64,000 nt of DNA from Ophelia neglecta (lineage: Eukaryota), in assembly GCA_965285935.1 (NCBI GenBank), contig OZ260665.1, forward strand, positions 71,796,001 through 71,860,000. Reading direction: 5' to 3'. How positions within the stretch are numbered: the first letter of the stretch is position 1; the number at the start of each line of letters is the position of its first letter. Shown in pieces: positions 50,719-63,745 of this stretch. The position numbers were made by a program, and so were the translations under genes. Under the pieces are notes generated by a model, which was given only the letters and a program-made list of their open reading frames with translations, did no database searches and was not told where the DNA came from.

Positions 50719-52211
50719 CTACCGTTGAGGGTGTTTGCTATGGGCCTTCAGTATATGATGTTAGATTCAAATTCAAAGAGGCTATAATTTAAATGAATTT
50801 TATTCACATGCGGATTATTTTCTAAGATTATTGCAACAACAACTCAGCCTTATCTCATATATACACTGTTTATATTTACTTAAATATTATAAAGCAAAAC
50901 CACCGATAGAAATTGCGAATCGCGATTTATATTCTTTTTCATTGATTTTTCCCGCTGAGTACATTCCTTTACTCCAGTACGTCATTTTTTCGACCATAGT
51001 TCACACCCTTGTCCACCCATCCACCTAGCCAATTTTAAAAATAACCCCAGAATGTTTTACAAAGATTTATTTCAATCCATCGTGCGAATAGTGGACTACC
51101 CGAAGACAGGGTTTGTTTTATATAAACTGTAATGCTTCGGTATCATTCCAGCCTGCCCTTTGAGAACCAGACAGTATTAGAAACTCGTTTACCCTTTAAA
51201 TTGGCCAGTACTAACAGTTAGTACAGTACTATCACTTTGTGGTGTTCTGTGGTTGCTGAGGTTTACCTGGCGGCGGCCGGATAGGCGCAGGCGTGACATG
51301 GATTGTTAGGAGTAACCTATAAATTGCTGCCTCAACAGCCAGCCGGACATAACACCGTGCGATAAATGAGTGCTGTCTACATGACGTCAGAGACTCCATC
51401 TACTACATGTGTAGCCATCGTTTAACTAATACAAGGAGTTACATTCTGTAGGAAAATTTCACTGTGTTCCTGTGAGAGATCTTCTGAGGAGTATTTATCA
51501 GCAGTAGGGCTCTTTATTGTATCCGGCTGGCTGTATACAAGGAAATTACAAGACTTAGTGCGCCGTGTGTTCCGACAGACCACAAAAAAGAATGGATGGA
51601 GAGGAGGATGTTTTAAATATCAAGGCGAGATCAAGGATTGTGTCCCGGCAAGGCATGTCGTAGGGGGTGGGGGCTTCGGAGGGAAAGTGGGGTTGGGTTG
51701 GGAATGGGGGGGGGGGGGTAGAGACGCATTTAGTTAGGTATCATTATAGGTAAAGTCCCCCCGTAGCTTAAATCAATAAGTTCTCATATCTACAGAATGT
51801 AAACATTTCAGCAATGCCGCGACAAAAGACACTGTGACTCGCTTCCCAGCTCTGCACTTTGAATCCGATATCATCGCGAAACTGTTTCCTATTGTGGCAT
51901 TCTGGCTCAATGAGTGCTTTGGCAATGGTCTGAATTCCAATGCGATCTTTCCTTCTGGTGATAAACCGACAGAGCCGAGCAGTACAAAACACGGGGCACT
52001 CTGTCATTGTAACTAATGATAGCAGCTTCCTAGAAAGCAACACCAATACCTCTCCTCGCGTTAGCAAATCCCTTATTTATTGATTTTTGTGTGGTGCATG
52101 AATATTTCATAGGCATTCTACCACAATTTGTATAAGGCCTGTGATTTCTTTCTCTTTAGGTAATTCATCACACTGAAGGAAACTAGCCTGGTAGAAGCAA
52201 TCTGATTAAAA

Positions 52212-53711
52212 ATGATCCCACACGAGCGCTCTCGAAGACGCCGGAAGCTCTACAAGAGAAGTCAGACTCTAGCCACGTTACCCACCCACCTTATTCCAGA
52301 GGTTGACAATGAACACGAGGATGAAGACTCGGCGACCGAACAATCTCGGTTAATTAAGTCGCCTGGCTCCCCAACCCACTCATTAGAAAGTTCGTCGGAG
52401 GTGGACAAGTCGGATGAGGAGTTTCGGCCGGTAAGCCTTAAACTTCCTCAGCAATCTATGTCACGGGCCTCTAAGAAAAGTCCGAGTCATAGCTGTTCAA
52501 AACACACTCGTACCACAACCAGCTCCGATCTCCCACCGCTGCCTGTAATAAAAACACGCGGGCCTCACAAACCAGGAAGCCGACACCCTACTAAAAAACT
52601 ATTACGGACTCCAAGCACTCCTGCCATCCTGCTGAACAAGGTTAAGGACAGAATCCGGGAGAAAGTTATACAGACTTCGACCGAGTGGCCCACAGCAGCG
52701 GCCATCATGCACGAGAAAAGGCAGCGAGCGGTTGAGAGTTTTGAGGCTCAGCTAAGTAGGGGAGGGCGCCATTCGGCAGGCGACGTGGCCGGGCTTGAGG
52801 TCATACAGCTGCGAGACATGGGGTGCGGGATATCTGGAAAAAAGGAGCGAACTCGTGCTCGGACTGCTGAGGCAGCGCCAGCACCTTCATCCCCAATCCC
52901 CGAAACATTCCGCCCCGATATGGCCCGTCTCGCCTTTCGCCGAAGGTCAATCAGTGAAGATACGGGTATGCAAAACATCGGCAGGCTCTCGCCACGTGGC
53001 AGTATGGCCTCCTCGGACCTTCGGCCTATCTCCAAGTCTGGTATCATTTGCTCAAATGACGATCTCAAAGCTATTCTCACTGACCACAAAAGGCGACTGA
53101 GTCCGAATCCTAAGCACAGATCTCCTCACTTAAGTCCAGACGGCAGACCACGGGAAAGACTGTCACTACCCGATACAGAGTCGCTGCTCCGGAACAAGCT
53201 CCAGACTCAGGGCTCACTCGACTCCTCCTCCAGCTCGCATAGTTCCGCCTCGCCCAGCAGGCTGGAGGAGACCGATTGTGGTGCTAGTTATGTGAAGGCC
53301 GGGTCCTTTATCTCCTCCATGCCAACAGCCAGTTCTGAGTACCCAACTGTGGTCTTGGACAGCAGGTCAAAGGTTACCATTTTCCAGCCAATCATGGTGA
53401 CAACAGACGACGGAAGTGACCCATGTAAAGGTGGGCCGGTTCCCGATGTGGAATACGACGAGCATGGGCAGACTTGGGATGTATACGGGGCAGAATTTGA
53501 TCCAGAGTCGCTTGGACAAGCAATTCAAAAACATTTAGAGAAAATGATCGACCGTAAATCACAGGAAACAACTATTCTGGCTCAGCAATTGGAGCAACGT
53601 AAGTTGGAAGATGACAAGGACCGAAAGAGCGGTGACGGGACGCTCGGCGTCATACTACGTATGCTGTGTTACTTTGCCAGACGGCGGGAGGAACCACCCA
53701 TGTCGTCATAA
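52212..53711 (+). CDS. GPRIN: G protein-regulated inducer of neurite outgrowth family protein (GRIN C-terminal domain), 499 aa
   Basis: C-terminal PVPDVEYDEHGQTWDVYGAEFDPESLGQAIQKHLE matches GRIN_C signature V.WDE.GMTWEVYGA..D.E.LG.AIQ.HLE; single coding exon preceded by acceptor TTTCTTTCTCTTTAG; disordered S/P/R-rich body. Confidence 0.92.
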   Translation: MIPHERSRRRRKLYKRSQTLATLPTHLIPEVDNEHEDEDSATEQSRLIKSPGSPTHSLESSSEVDKSDEEFRPVSLKLPQQSMSRASKKSPSHSCSKHTRTTTSSDLPPLPVIKTRGPHKPGSRHPTKKLLRTPSTPAILLNKVKDRIREKVIQTSTEWPTAAAIMHEKRQRAVESFEAQLSRGGRHSAGDVAGLEVIQLRDMGCGISGKKERTRARTAEAAPAPSSPIPETFRPDMARLAFRRRSISEDTGMQNIGRLSPRGSMASSDLRPISKSGIICSNDDLKAILTDHKRRLSPNPKHRSPHLSPDGRPRERLSLPDTESLLRNKLQTQGSLDSSSSSHSSASPSRLEETDCGASYVKAGSFISSMPTASSEYPTVVLDSRSKVTIFQPIMVTTDDGSDPCKGGPVPDVEYDEHGQTWDVYGAEFDPESLGQAIQKHLEKMIDRKSQETTILAQQLEQRKLEDDKDRKSGDGTLGVILRMLCYFARRREEPPMSS

Positions 53712-56067
53712 GTTCCATCCTTTCTGTTTCTGAGGTTTCCAAATTCCCAAACGGTCCGCATTTTAGCATTCTCCGGCTGAGGAAGGATGGAGAACATGGC
53801 TTAAGGATATGCGTCTGGATAGAGTTTGGTTATTTTATTAACGTATAGCAGACAGATTTACTCTATGTATCGTTGTGTTCTGTATAACATTTGTAACCCA
53901 CGTATTACCGTTATAGTTGCACATTTAGGGGCCGATTATGGTTAAACTACCTGGGAATGATGATACCGAGGGCTTTTGTCCCCGAGGAGTCATTGTTACC
54001 AGGAAGTGAATAATTGAATGGGGACTGATGAGTACCCATAATGTCTAATGTAATAATCAATTTTTGTTAGATGAATTAGGGTTTGACAGACGCAATGATA
54101 ATGTAGAGTTCATAGTTTGGAATTACATTACCTCTGAAGCACTCCATTACATAAATATACTCCACGGTTTTGAGCCATATTTTTCTGGATAAACAGTCAT
54201 TTAGACCCTTTTTACAGGCTTTTGTAATGTATGTTCGGACTTGTGTCAATCATCTTTATTTTATTGCGTTAGAATTATTTATAAATTGTATCAATGTTTA
54301 ACAGATTAGTCTCTAGTACCGTATGCCAAAACAATGTCCGCGGTCCCAAACAGATTGTGCGCTAAATGCCGGTACTATACATCCACAACGAACTAAACAG
54401 CCTGATACACCCAGTTGAGCCCACGTCCAGGTAAAAGGCGTCCGGGAATCTTTCGATGATTCAGACCACATTTTTAACAAGTGACGGTCATGGTCGCACA
54501 AATGAGCAGCCCTGTCAACAAAAAGGTTTGAAAAGTGCTGGTATGCGATTTTGTTCCAGCCACTTTGAACAGTCCTATGGGCCGGTGTATTAAGACCAAT
54601 ATGGAATATTTGGATTTTTTTAATTTTAATTATTCTCTAGTGAATTCGTTGATTTAGGGTTATTATTTACCGATAGAATACTCATATTTTATCCATCCTT
54701 AAACTGGTGTATTGTCCATTTTTGATGGGTGCATGTGTGTGTGGGTGTGGGCGTGCCTTTGGAGGAGGGGGGGGGGGGGTTGTGGTGGCAGGGGATTTTC
54801 ATTTTGAGTCCCAAAATTGCATGCCCCCCCCCCCTTTTCAAAGTGGCGTAAAAATATAGATTTGCATATTTGCGTGTCTAAACAAAAATAAGTACCCCGC
54901 TTTGTGAACCAACGTCTGTCTCAATTTATCGCCTTTTGCGAGTCCAACCGCACATAGGAGTGTAATAATAGTAACAATAAATGACATGGTCGATAGCCGA
55001 ATATGTTTGAAATAAATAAAGGTATTTTAAGAGACCTGGAATTTTAAGATTGAAATAGAACGTAAACGTCCCATTAATATGTGCATTGCGTATGGCAATT
55101 ATACGTTGAGAACTAGTGGTTAATACATTTGACAAGCATATTTAGTGCTTTTAGTTTCAGTTTTCTGAAATGCTTTCCAAGAAGAGGTCAAGATCAAATC
55201 AATACCACCATTGAACCCCTCTTTATATATATTACCCTATGAGTGGTTAAGTATTCACTTGATGGGCCTATCTTGTAGTGTTAAGGCAACAGAAACCACT
55301 GGACAACAGTGTTCTTAATATGTATCACCTTGCAACTGATGTCAAAGGCAAAGTTTATGTCTTCATTCATGTCCTTGTTAATAAGTTACAAGGTGAATAA
55401 TGGTGAATAATAATCTTATATGTTTTCCCTCAAAAAACCTTGACGAAGAGGTCAAGGTCAAAATCAAGGTTACCATCACAACTTATTTGATTTCATATGA
55501 TTTCCTATTGGTGGTGAACACATTTGATGTATATTCCAGATAGTTAAGTTGACTCATTTTAAATGATGCAAGTTTCAAATGTAGAGCATCATTAGACTCA
55601 TTATATATCGAACCCATTGTCAAACACACCCAGCCAGGTCAATATTATATTTGTTCTTGATTTCAATGTCTCTATCTATGATTATAGGCTTATTAACCAG
55701 ATATCAATGTTAGGCGACTCTCGAATCATTCCCAATCACGAAAATGAGCTATACATTCCATAACAAGAATGAGATTCCAGTTTCCGATTTCCGGTTTTTC
55801 TCTGATACCGCAAGGGAATTTCTCTAAAACCGCCGGGTAAATCAGAAAGGATTTGGTTGTTTTTTCTAGGCGCTAATAGAGAAGCGACGGGGCGTGAAAC
55901 ACAACTGGGAAACATCACATGATACATTTAAACTAGTCATGCCATGGTTCCACTTAGCTGTACAAATTTATGTTGATAATGATTGCCTTGCTATGAACTC
56001 AAGGGGTCCCTGGTTAAATCATTGGTTTTTACTGATGTCCAAACTTATAACAGTCATTCAATCACAG

Positions 56068-57661
56068 CGGCCTGCAAGCCAGCCGGCAAGGCAGCTAGGC
56101 AGAAGTAGGAAGGGACATGGTTTGTCTCCATGTATTACATGGTGGACGGCCTGCAAGCCAGCCGGCAAGGCAGCTAGGCAGAAGTAGGAAGAGACATGGT
56201 TTGTCTCCATGTATTACATGGTGGACGGCCTGCAAGCCAGTCGGGCAAGGCAGCTAGGCAGAAATAGGAAGGGACATGGTTTGTCTCCATGTATTACATG
56301 GTGGACGGCCTGTCAGGCAGCCGGGCAAGGCAGCTAGTCAGAAGTAGGAAGGGACATGGTTTGTCTCCATGTATTACATGGTGGACGGCCTGCATGACAG
56401 TCGGGCAAGGCAGCTAGTCAGAAGTAGGGAGGGACATGGTTTGTCTCCATGTATTACATGGAGGGCGGCCTGTCAGGCAGCCGGGCAAGGCAGCTAGTCA
56501 GAAGTAGGGGGGGGGGCATGGTTTGTCTCCATGTATTACATGGAGGGCGGCCTGTCAGGCAGCCGGGCAAGGCAGCTAGTTAGAAGTAGGAAGGGACATG
56601 GTTTGTCTCCATGTATTACATGGTGGACGGCCTGCAAGCCAGTCGGGCAAGGCAGCTAGGCAGAAGTAGGAAGGGACATGGTTTGTCTCCATGTATTACA
56701 TGGAGGGCGGCCTATCAGGCAGCCGGGCAAGGCAGCTAGTCAGAAGAAGGGAGGGACATGGTTAGTCTCCATGTATAACATGGAGGGCGGCCTGTCAGGC
56801 AGCCGGGCAAGGCAGCTAGTCAGAAGTAGGAAGGGACATGGTTTGTATCCATGTATTACATAAAGGGCGGCCTGTCAGGCAGCCGGGCAAGGCAGCTAGT
56901 CAGAAGTAGGAAGGGACATGGTTAGTATCCATGTATTACATAAAGGGCGGCCAGTCAGGCAGCCGGGCAAGGCAGCTAGTCAGAAGTAGGAAGGGACATG
57001 GTTAGTCTCCATGTATAACATGGAGGGCGGCCTGTCAGGCAGCCGGGCAAGGCAGCTAGTTAGAAGTAGGAAGGGACATGGTTTGTCTCCATGTATTACA
57101 TGGAGGTCGGCCTGTCAGGCAGCCGGGCAAGGCAGCTAGTCAGAAGTAGGAAGGGACATGGTTAGTATCCATGTATTACATAAAGGGCGGCCTGTCAGGC
57201 AGCCGGGCAACGCAGCTAGTCAGAAGTAGGAAGGGACATGGTTAGTATCCATGTATTACATAAAGGGCGGCCTGTCAGGCAGCCGGGCAAGGCAGCTAGG
57301 CAGAAGTAGGAAGGGACATGGTTTGTCTCCATGTATTACATGGAGGGCGGCCTGTCAGGCAGCCGGGCAAGGCAGCTAGTCAGAAGTAGGAAGGGACATG
57401 GTTAGTCTCCATGAATTACATGGAGGGCGGCCTGTCAGGCAGCCGGGCAAGGCAGCTAGTCAGAAGTAGGAAGAGACATGGTTTGTCTCCATGTATTACA
57501 TGGTGGACGGCCTGCAAGACAGCCGGGCGAGACAGCTAGTCAGAAGTAGGAAGAGACATGGTTTGTCTCCATGTATTACATGGTGGACGGCCTGCAAGAC
57601 AGCCGGGCGAGACAGCTAGTCAGAAGTAGGAAGAGACATGGTTTTTCTCCATGTATTACAT
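56068..57661. repeat. 80-bp tandem array, 20 units, with internal palindromes
   Basis: Unit CGGCCTGTCAGGCAGCCGGGCAAGGCAGCTAGTCAGAAGTAGGAAGGGACATGGTTTGTCTCCATGTATTACATGGAGGG; period 79-82 bp. Confidence 0.97.
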
Positions 57662-60621
57662 TGTGTGTCCCGTTTTTCGGGGAAGACCCGGACAAGCCCT
57701 AATTTTAGGACGTCGCCGTGGTCCCATACTTATGAAAATATTAGCTACGATACAATGCGGTTTGCTCCCTAGAATGAATTACCCAGTTTTTCAGGTTTCA
57801 GAATAGGAAACTCTTCGAAAAAAAGCTGTTTACACTAAAAATTGTTGATTAATTGATATATAAATAAGTAGGGCTAAATACCCATGTTATTTATCACTAT
57901 GAAGTACCTTTAAACCCATAGAACACACAAGTTTACAAACATGTATCTTCGTGTCTTATTCCTCCCCAAAAATATTTGATTGAAATTGTTCTTTAACTTC
58001 GTTTATTTGATTCTAAAGATGTCCAAATGGAGAAAACTTTTCTACATAAAAATAGTCATGCCAATGCAATGTTCTGCTACGTCCCGTTAAACTTGGATCT
58101 AGGTTAGATAGTTTTATGTGTGTATTCGAATTTATTTCAGTGAACAAACGTTTCAGTGAAATTATGTGAAGACCCATCCATAAACGGACTTATGTGGCAC
58201 AAAGAACTATCAACACAGCACGTACCACACACACCGCTCATGCACCACAAATAGGTATATATGCTAATCATATATTATAGCTCCATATATTCCCTCGCAT
58301 GATAATTATATATTCCCTCGCATGATTCACAATTTCGGAGAAAAGAAAATATATTTCGTTGGTTGGTACAGAACCCCCCCCCCCTCACCCCAAAGGATAT
58401 ATATAAAGAACAATCCAAATTATAAGGCAAGTTAATTCTTTTTTCTAGAAACATCATAACTGAACAAACTCAAAATGAAACTTTATCCATTTGTACCCGC
58501 AAAAGCAGGAAGGAACCCGACCACAGCCTTAGGGTGAACAGTGACGTCTTTAATCCACACTGGATAATTTATTGAGACTATATGACGCTTGGCTTTAGGT
58601 TACTTGATATCGTGCCCTATGATGGGTGCTGGGATTCGTTTCCCAGCTTGTTTTGTCTTGTGGTTTGCTTCCCAAACTCATCAAAGCATCCCGGTTTACA
58701 CTCAGAAAAGATCTCGGTTAGCCCAAGTTTGCTGTTTGACTCAGATGGCTTGTCTTCCGATAGAGGCGCTTGAGTGTTGAATGTGACCTACGCTTTTCCG
58801 AGAACGGCTCAGGGCGCCATATGTAGTGGCGATTGGAAACGATTGGATACAACGATGGGGTAAAAAGTTAGCCAAGAGCTCCACTCGTTGCTTTGTTTCA
58901 TACTTCTCTCCCCCACACTCCCCGTTGCTGGAATGTTTATTAGTGGGAGTACTTTTTCTGGACGTCTAAACGGACATTGAAAATTTGGAGTCAAGTAGTA
59001 GGTATTTGACTAAGAAATAAGAAAATATATCAAACGTTAATAATGAATTGAGTAGGTATGTTAATAAAGAAAGCACTTACACAGACCACATTTTCAGTAA
59101 AAGACGATGTTTGCCGTGGAACCTGACTAAATGATTTTTGCTCTTTTAGAAGCATGTATTGTGATCAAATTTTCTCTGCTCTCGTGAATATCACGAGCGC
59201 CAGCCATGCTTACTTAGATCATTTTCAAATGTCGCCGGTATATCTGTTAATCAACGGTCTTATTCACTGTGTTCTAGAAGAATCGCGTGACTCCTCATGC
59301 ACATCGAATCCACCGTATTGACGGTATTGTTTACTGCAGCAATGGCTACTCATCTACGATGACGGTGCTAGTTCCTGCCTTTACAATACCGGCACAAGCG
59401 TTTGACGTTTGCAGGATTCAGGATTAATTGTGCTGAATTAGAGTCTCCCATTAAACAACCGGAATCTATATGATAATCTACCGTTGGTCAGATGTATTAA
59501 GAAAAGCACAGCATGCAAGTCACGGTTGATTCACTGCATTAATATTGACACACATTGCAGGCTATTACCTACAGGTTATGACACACGAGTCCCTTTGTAA
59601 ACGTGTTATTATTATGTCTTACAAGTCGTATCACAGTTGTGCATGTACATTTATATGCCTAGTTTTTTGTCATGTCTGTGATACTTCTGGATTTTAACCA
59701 CGTGATTATTGGAGGTGCGATGACGTTCACGCATCACTTAATGACTGGGGGCATGATGCCTATCACATCACGTGATGACTGGAAGTGCGATGACGTTCTC
59801 AATGAACGTGAATACTGGAGTTATAATCAGTTATCACAGATGGTAAACAAGTGTCAGCGATAGATGGCTTTTCATAAGAAACAGGACAAGTCAACAGCCG
59901 GGTTTTAAGGGTTCGCTCTACGGCAAGGTTTATTTAGAAGGAATGAAATTTTTTTCACTGGAATCCGAAGTTATTTCTGTAGGCATTTTATTTTGACCAG
60001 TTTATATACATGTTAGGGTAATATCAGGTAGACCTGTCCTGTACATTCTAAGCTTAGATTTTTATTTATCATACATGCTAATACAGTTCGAGCACAAAGT
60101 ATAATATAACTGAAGCAAGTCAAATTTTAACAAACATCTTTTTGTCTGCAAACTGTATACTAAAATACATATCAATTGCCGACTTTTATATAGCCAGCAC
60201 GTACATGTATACATCTGTCCAAACAGTAGCCCGAATGTTTATAATGTCATCTCTGTTAATATTCTTACAAGTAAAGCATGGTAGTCATGAACCTAGCTGA
60301 TGTTTTGTTTTTTCTATGAAACAAAGAACCATTGTATCAGTTTAAATAAAAAATATTCCCCATTTATTTAAGTAAATAACATAATTACTGAGCGATAATT
60401 ATTTATTACGTGTGTGTGTGGGAGGGGGGGGAGCTAAGAAAACAATGGGTGGGGGTCTAAGGATCGGAGGATGGGACGGGGGGTCTAAGGATCGGAAGCG
60501 TAGGGAGATATAGGAGGAGCCTACCTGTGTGATAGTCCTAATTTATATGGAGGCCTATAACGCGCCATAACCTTTTTTTCGGATTTTGGTTAAATTTACT
60601 AAGGGCTTCTCGCTAGTAACA

Positions 60622-61548
60622 TTTTTTTGCCCCACCTTTTTGCTGAAAAAAGAGGGGGGACTTTTATTTGGCAATGCCCTTCGCCGCCGCCGCGGCCATT
60701 TGTTTTGGGAATAGTTCGGCAACCATTAGGCCCACAGTAACAATATTCCACAGGTGTAATATTAAGGCCTAGGAAATTGTTTGAGGTAGGTTCACCCTAG
60801 AGTCTATACTACTTCCTCTACAGCAACATGGTGACAAAAGCTCGTTAATAAGATTGCGGAAAAAGTATTGGAGCTACAGGGCTGAAATTGATAGGGAGGA
60901 AGCATTTTGGCCTAGTATGAACTGATTAACCTTTGGCAGACATCCAAATATATTTAGTTGCCATACCAACGCAAAATAAAAATGTGATTGACGAAAAATT
61001 GTCATACTTTTTTTTATTTTCTCGCCATTTCAGACAATTCTAAAAGTTTTAAGGGAAACGATTTTTTGGCAAAATTTCCGAAACTCATTTTTTTGCTTTT
61101 CTGGCCATTTCAGACAATTTTAAGGGTTTTGAGCAAGTTCATTAAACAAAATATTCAATGGTTTGTGTTATTTGCTTTTGTCGCCATTTCAGGCGATTGT
61201 TTATGTTTTGATGGGGGAGGGGGGGGGGGAGAGAGGGGGGGATTTCTGGCAAAAAAATTTGAAAGTCTCTGTTTGTAAATAAATTTACCCATTGGTTAAT
61301 CTGTGCATTATTAAGCTACTCTGGGACTTTTTCCAAAAAATTTGGGCAAACACTTTTCTTTTGGCTTTTCTTGCCATTTTATCTGATTTCCAGTGTTTTG
61401 AGCAAATAAATATTTTGGGGAGTCTTGGGGGTGGGGGGGGGGGGGGATCCTACCCTTGTTTTGACTTTGCCAAAAGTGTTTGTGCGACAGGCATGTGTTC
61501 ACAATCCCTTTTAATTGGTGGGGGGCCTGCGTTTCTAAACGCTTTGTT
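60622..61548 (+). mobile_element. Helentron-associated non-autonomous element (HINE/DINE-1-like)
   Basis: T-run then GCCCCACC subterminal IR; 3' GGTGGGG.. partner followed by palindrome GCGTTT-CT-AAACGC and TTGTT; internal GCCATTTCAGACAATT repeats. Confidence 0.7.
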
Positions 61549-62614
61549 ATTCATTATATCACCTACATACCTTTATTCCCTGAATGTTTGTACACTAAAA
61601 TGTGTATACTAGCCTCCATGCCAGACTTAAAGCGGCGAGATCGCTGCAGAGGTAGTTGACATTGCCAGCAGGTTGGGATTGATGATTTGGAGGACCAGAA
61701 CTACTTTGCTTTCAGATTACGGAATTATCACTACGCACACCAAACCTCCTTTTGTGGAAGTGACGTGCACATGCTTGATGCGCATTTGGGCATTGGCAGG
61801 GTTTGAAAGCTGATTAGAATCGTTGCTTTCAGCAGTGCAAGTAAAGATCCGGTGATATTTCCAAATCGCTTAAATGGGCGGGAGTTTATAAGTTATACTA
61901 GACATGACTGAGCTAGTATGATCTCACTGTCAGACAATGTTTGGTTTTAAATCACAGGCAATGTATCAACAAAGACACTGCATTGGCAATGATGAGGTTT
62001 TTATATCTATCAGATAATTCTATCAGTATTATCATGGCTACATACTCAGTGACACACACTATTTATCAACCTTGTGAAGGTAATTGCTCGCTTTATTCTT
62101 CACTGTAAACCCCAATCAAGTTGACATTTCTTGAATCCTGAGCACAAATTGTTGGACGCCAGCTTGTAAGTTTTATTAAATGAAAAAAAAAGGGTTTACG
62201 TAAAATTGGTTACAGAAGTCTGGTCAACTTGATCAAGTTTACTTGAATCAAAATCGGAAATTAGCTGATCTCAAATCATGTTGACATAACTTGCAATTCT
62301 GAGCGTAATTTGTTGCACGCAAATTTGTAAGTTTTATTGAAATGAGATTAGTTGACTCAACTGCGGGGCTGCAGTTTATGCGGGGCATTAAATGTGAGAC
62401 GGCTCCCGGGATGTCGGGGGTTCCCCCTTATGACCAGGCGGCTTCGGGGAACCATGCGGCCAGGCGTGTCGCTTCCTCATTGGTGGGGTGGTGTGGTCAG
62501 ACCTGGTCTCGCCTGAGTGGCTTGGCTTGCGGGCCTCTCCTTAGGCCGGGCGGCCTCGCCAGACCTTGCACTGACAGCGAACGACGTAGACGACGATCTG
62601 GTTAGGCATACATC

Positions 62615-63745
62615 ATGGCACCAACGGCAGCTTCGACTTCTAAAAACAAACAGAAGAAAGCCAAAAGCTGCAGGAATTGTGGGAAACGCCATGAACCGCC
62701 AACGGGGAAACACTGTCCAGAATACCTAGCGGAGCTGGAGGCAGAGGACCAGCAGACTTGCACTGGGACCGCATCAGGGAAACACGCCGAGTCGGCCATA
62801 CGCGAGGCGGCAGACAGCCAGGCAAGTGACTGGAGTGCCCTTATCGCCTCCCTATCCCAATTTCAGGCTAATACCACCACCGCCTTAGAAGATATGGGCA
62901 GGCGTATTGACTCTTTAGTGGGTAATAAGAAATGTGGGGAGGGAGAACCAGGCTCGGGGTCTGAATGCAGTAACTTTCCAGAAATTATCGATGCGGGCCA
63001 TGATGGGCTGATATCCGTGGACCGTCTCAGGCGAGACAAGACCGGCAGGGCCAGGGCGGAGAGGCGCCTCAGAGAACTTGGCGAAGATTGGGATACCGAG
63101 GAACCGGCCGCCAAGCCGAAGTCCAGAAAAAGTGGGTATGCCATTAGTGCCGTGGACAATGTCGTAAGCCCTCAGGCCTACTGGCCACACTTATTCGTCA
63201 ACAGACTCTCTGAGACGCCGGCGGCATACGATAACCTCTAAGTGTTTGAGTTTATGTATGGTTACTTTCGCATTCTCGAAAGAGAATGCAGTTCTTTGAC
63301 TGATTTCAGAACGCACATCAGCTATCTCAGCGAATTTAATGGAGGACGGGGCGGAGGTTGACTGGGCGGCCGTGCGCACGTCTCATCGCCACGTCATGCA
63401 GCTGTGCGAGCAGGGTCATCTTGAATGGGACGACCAGAACAGGGTGCAGGACGCAAGAGCGACGGCGTTGCGCCGGGCGCTCCGAAGACCCCTCCCCGGG
63501 CCTCAGAGGTATGTAAAATCAGGGCTAAATGGGAGGTTCTCCCAGGAGAAACCTAAACCATGTCAGGCTTACAACAAAGGGAATTGTCCGTATGATAATG
63601 ACCATGATGCTAACACAACATATGTAGCTCACATTTGCAGTTTCTGCCACGCCAGCGGCCGACGAAGCCCGCATCTAGAGGCATTGTCGTCGGAGGGGCG
63701 GTGCCGGCCGTACCTTGTTCTCGAGTGGGCCAAAAAACGAGGGGA
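62615..63745 (+). mobile_element. DIRS/Ngaro-type (tyrosine-recombinase retrotransposon) ORF1/gag-like, disrupted
   Basis: N-terminal CRNCGKRHEPPTGKHC; core YWPHLFV...YDNL*VFEFMYGY...LMEDGAEVDWAAVRTSHRHVMQLCEQGHLEW; C-terminal CQAYNKGNCPYDNDH...HICSFC...H; stop at 63239-63241 and a frameshift near 63335; RT and YR not in window. Confidence 0.75.

Noticed and set aside
50288-50787. Four overlapping ~125-aa ORFs including a Cys/Gln-rich one
   Set aside because: All derive from the 39-bp minisatellite; frame-shifting unit deletion argues against coding
54020-54060. Hammerhead core CTGATGA
   Set aside because: No stem II closed by GAAA follows
56068-57661. CRISPR array or ribozyme-containing satellite
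   Set aside because: Units are contiguous with no unique spacers, no cas genes, eukaryotic context; no CUGANGA/GAAA hammerhead core on either strand
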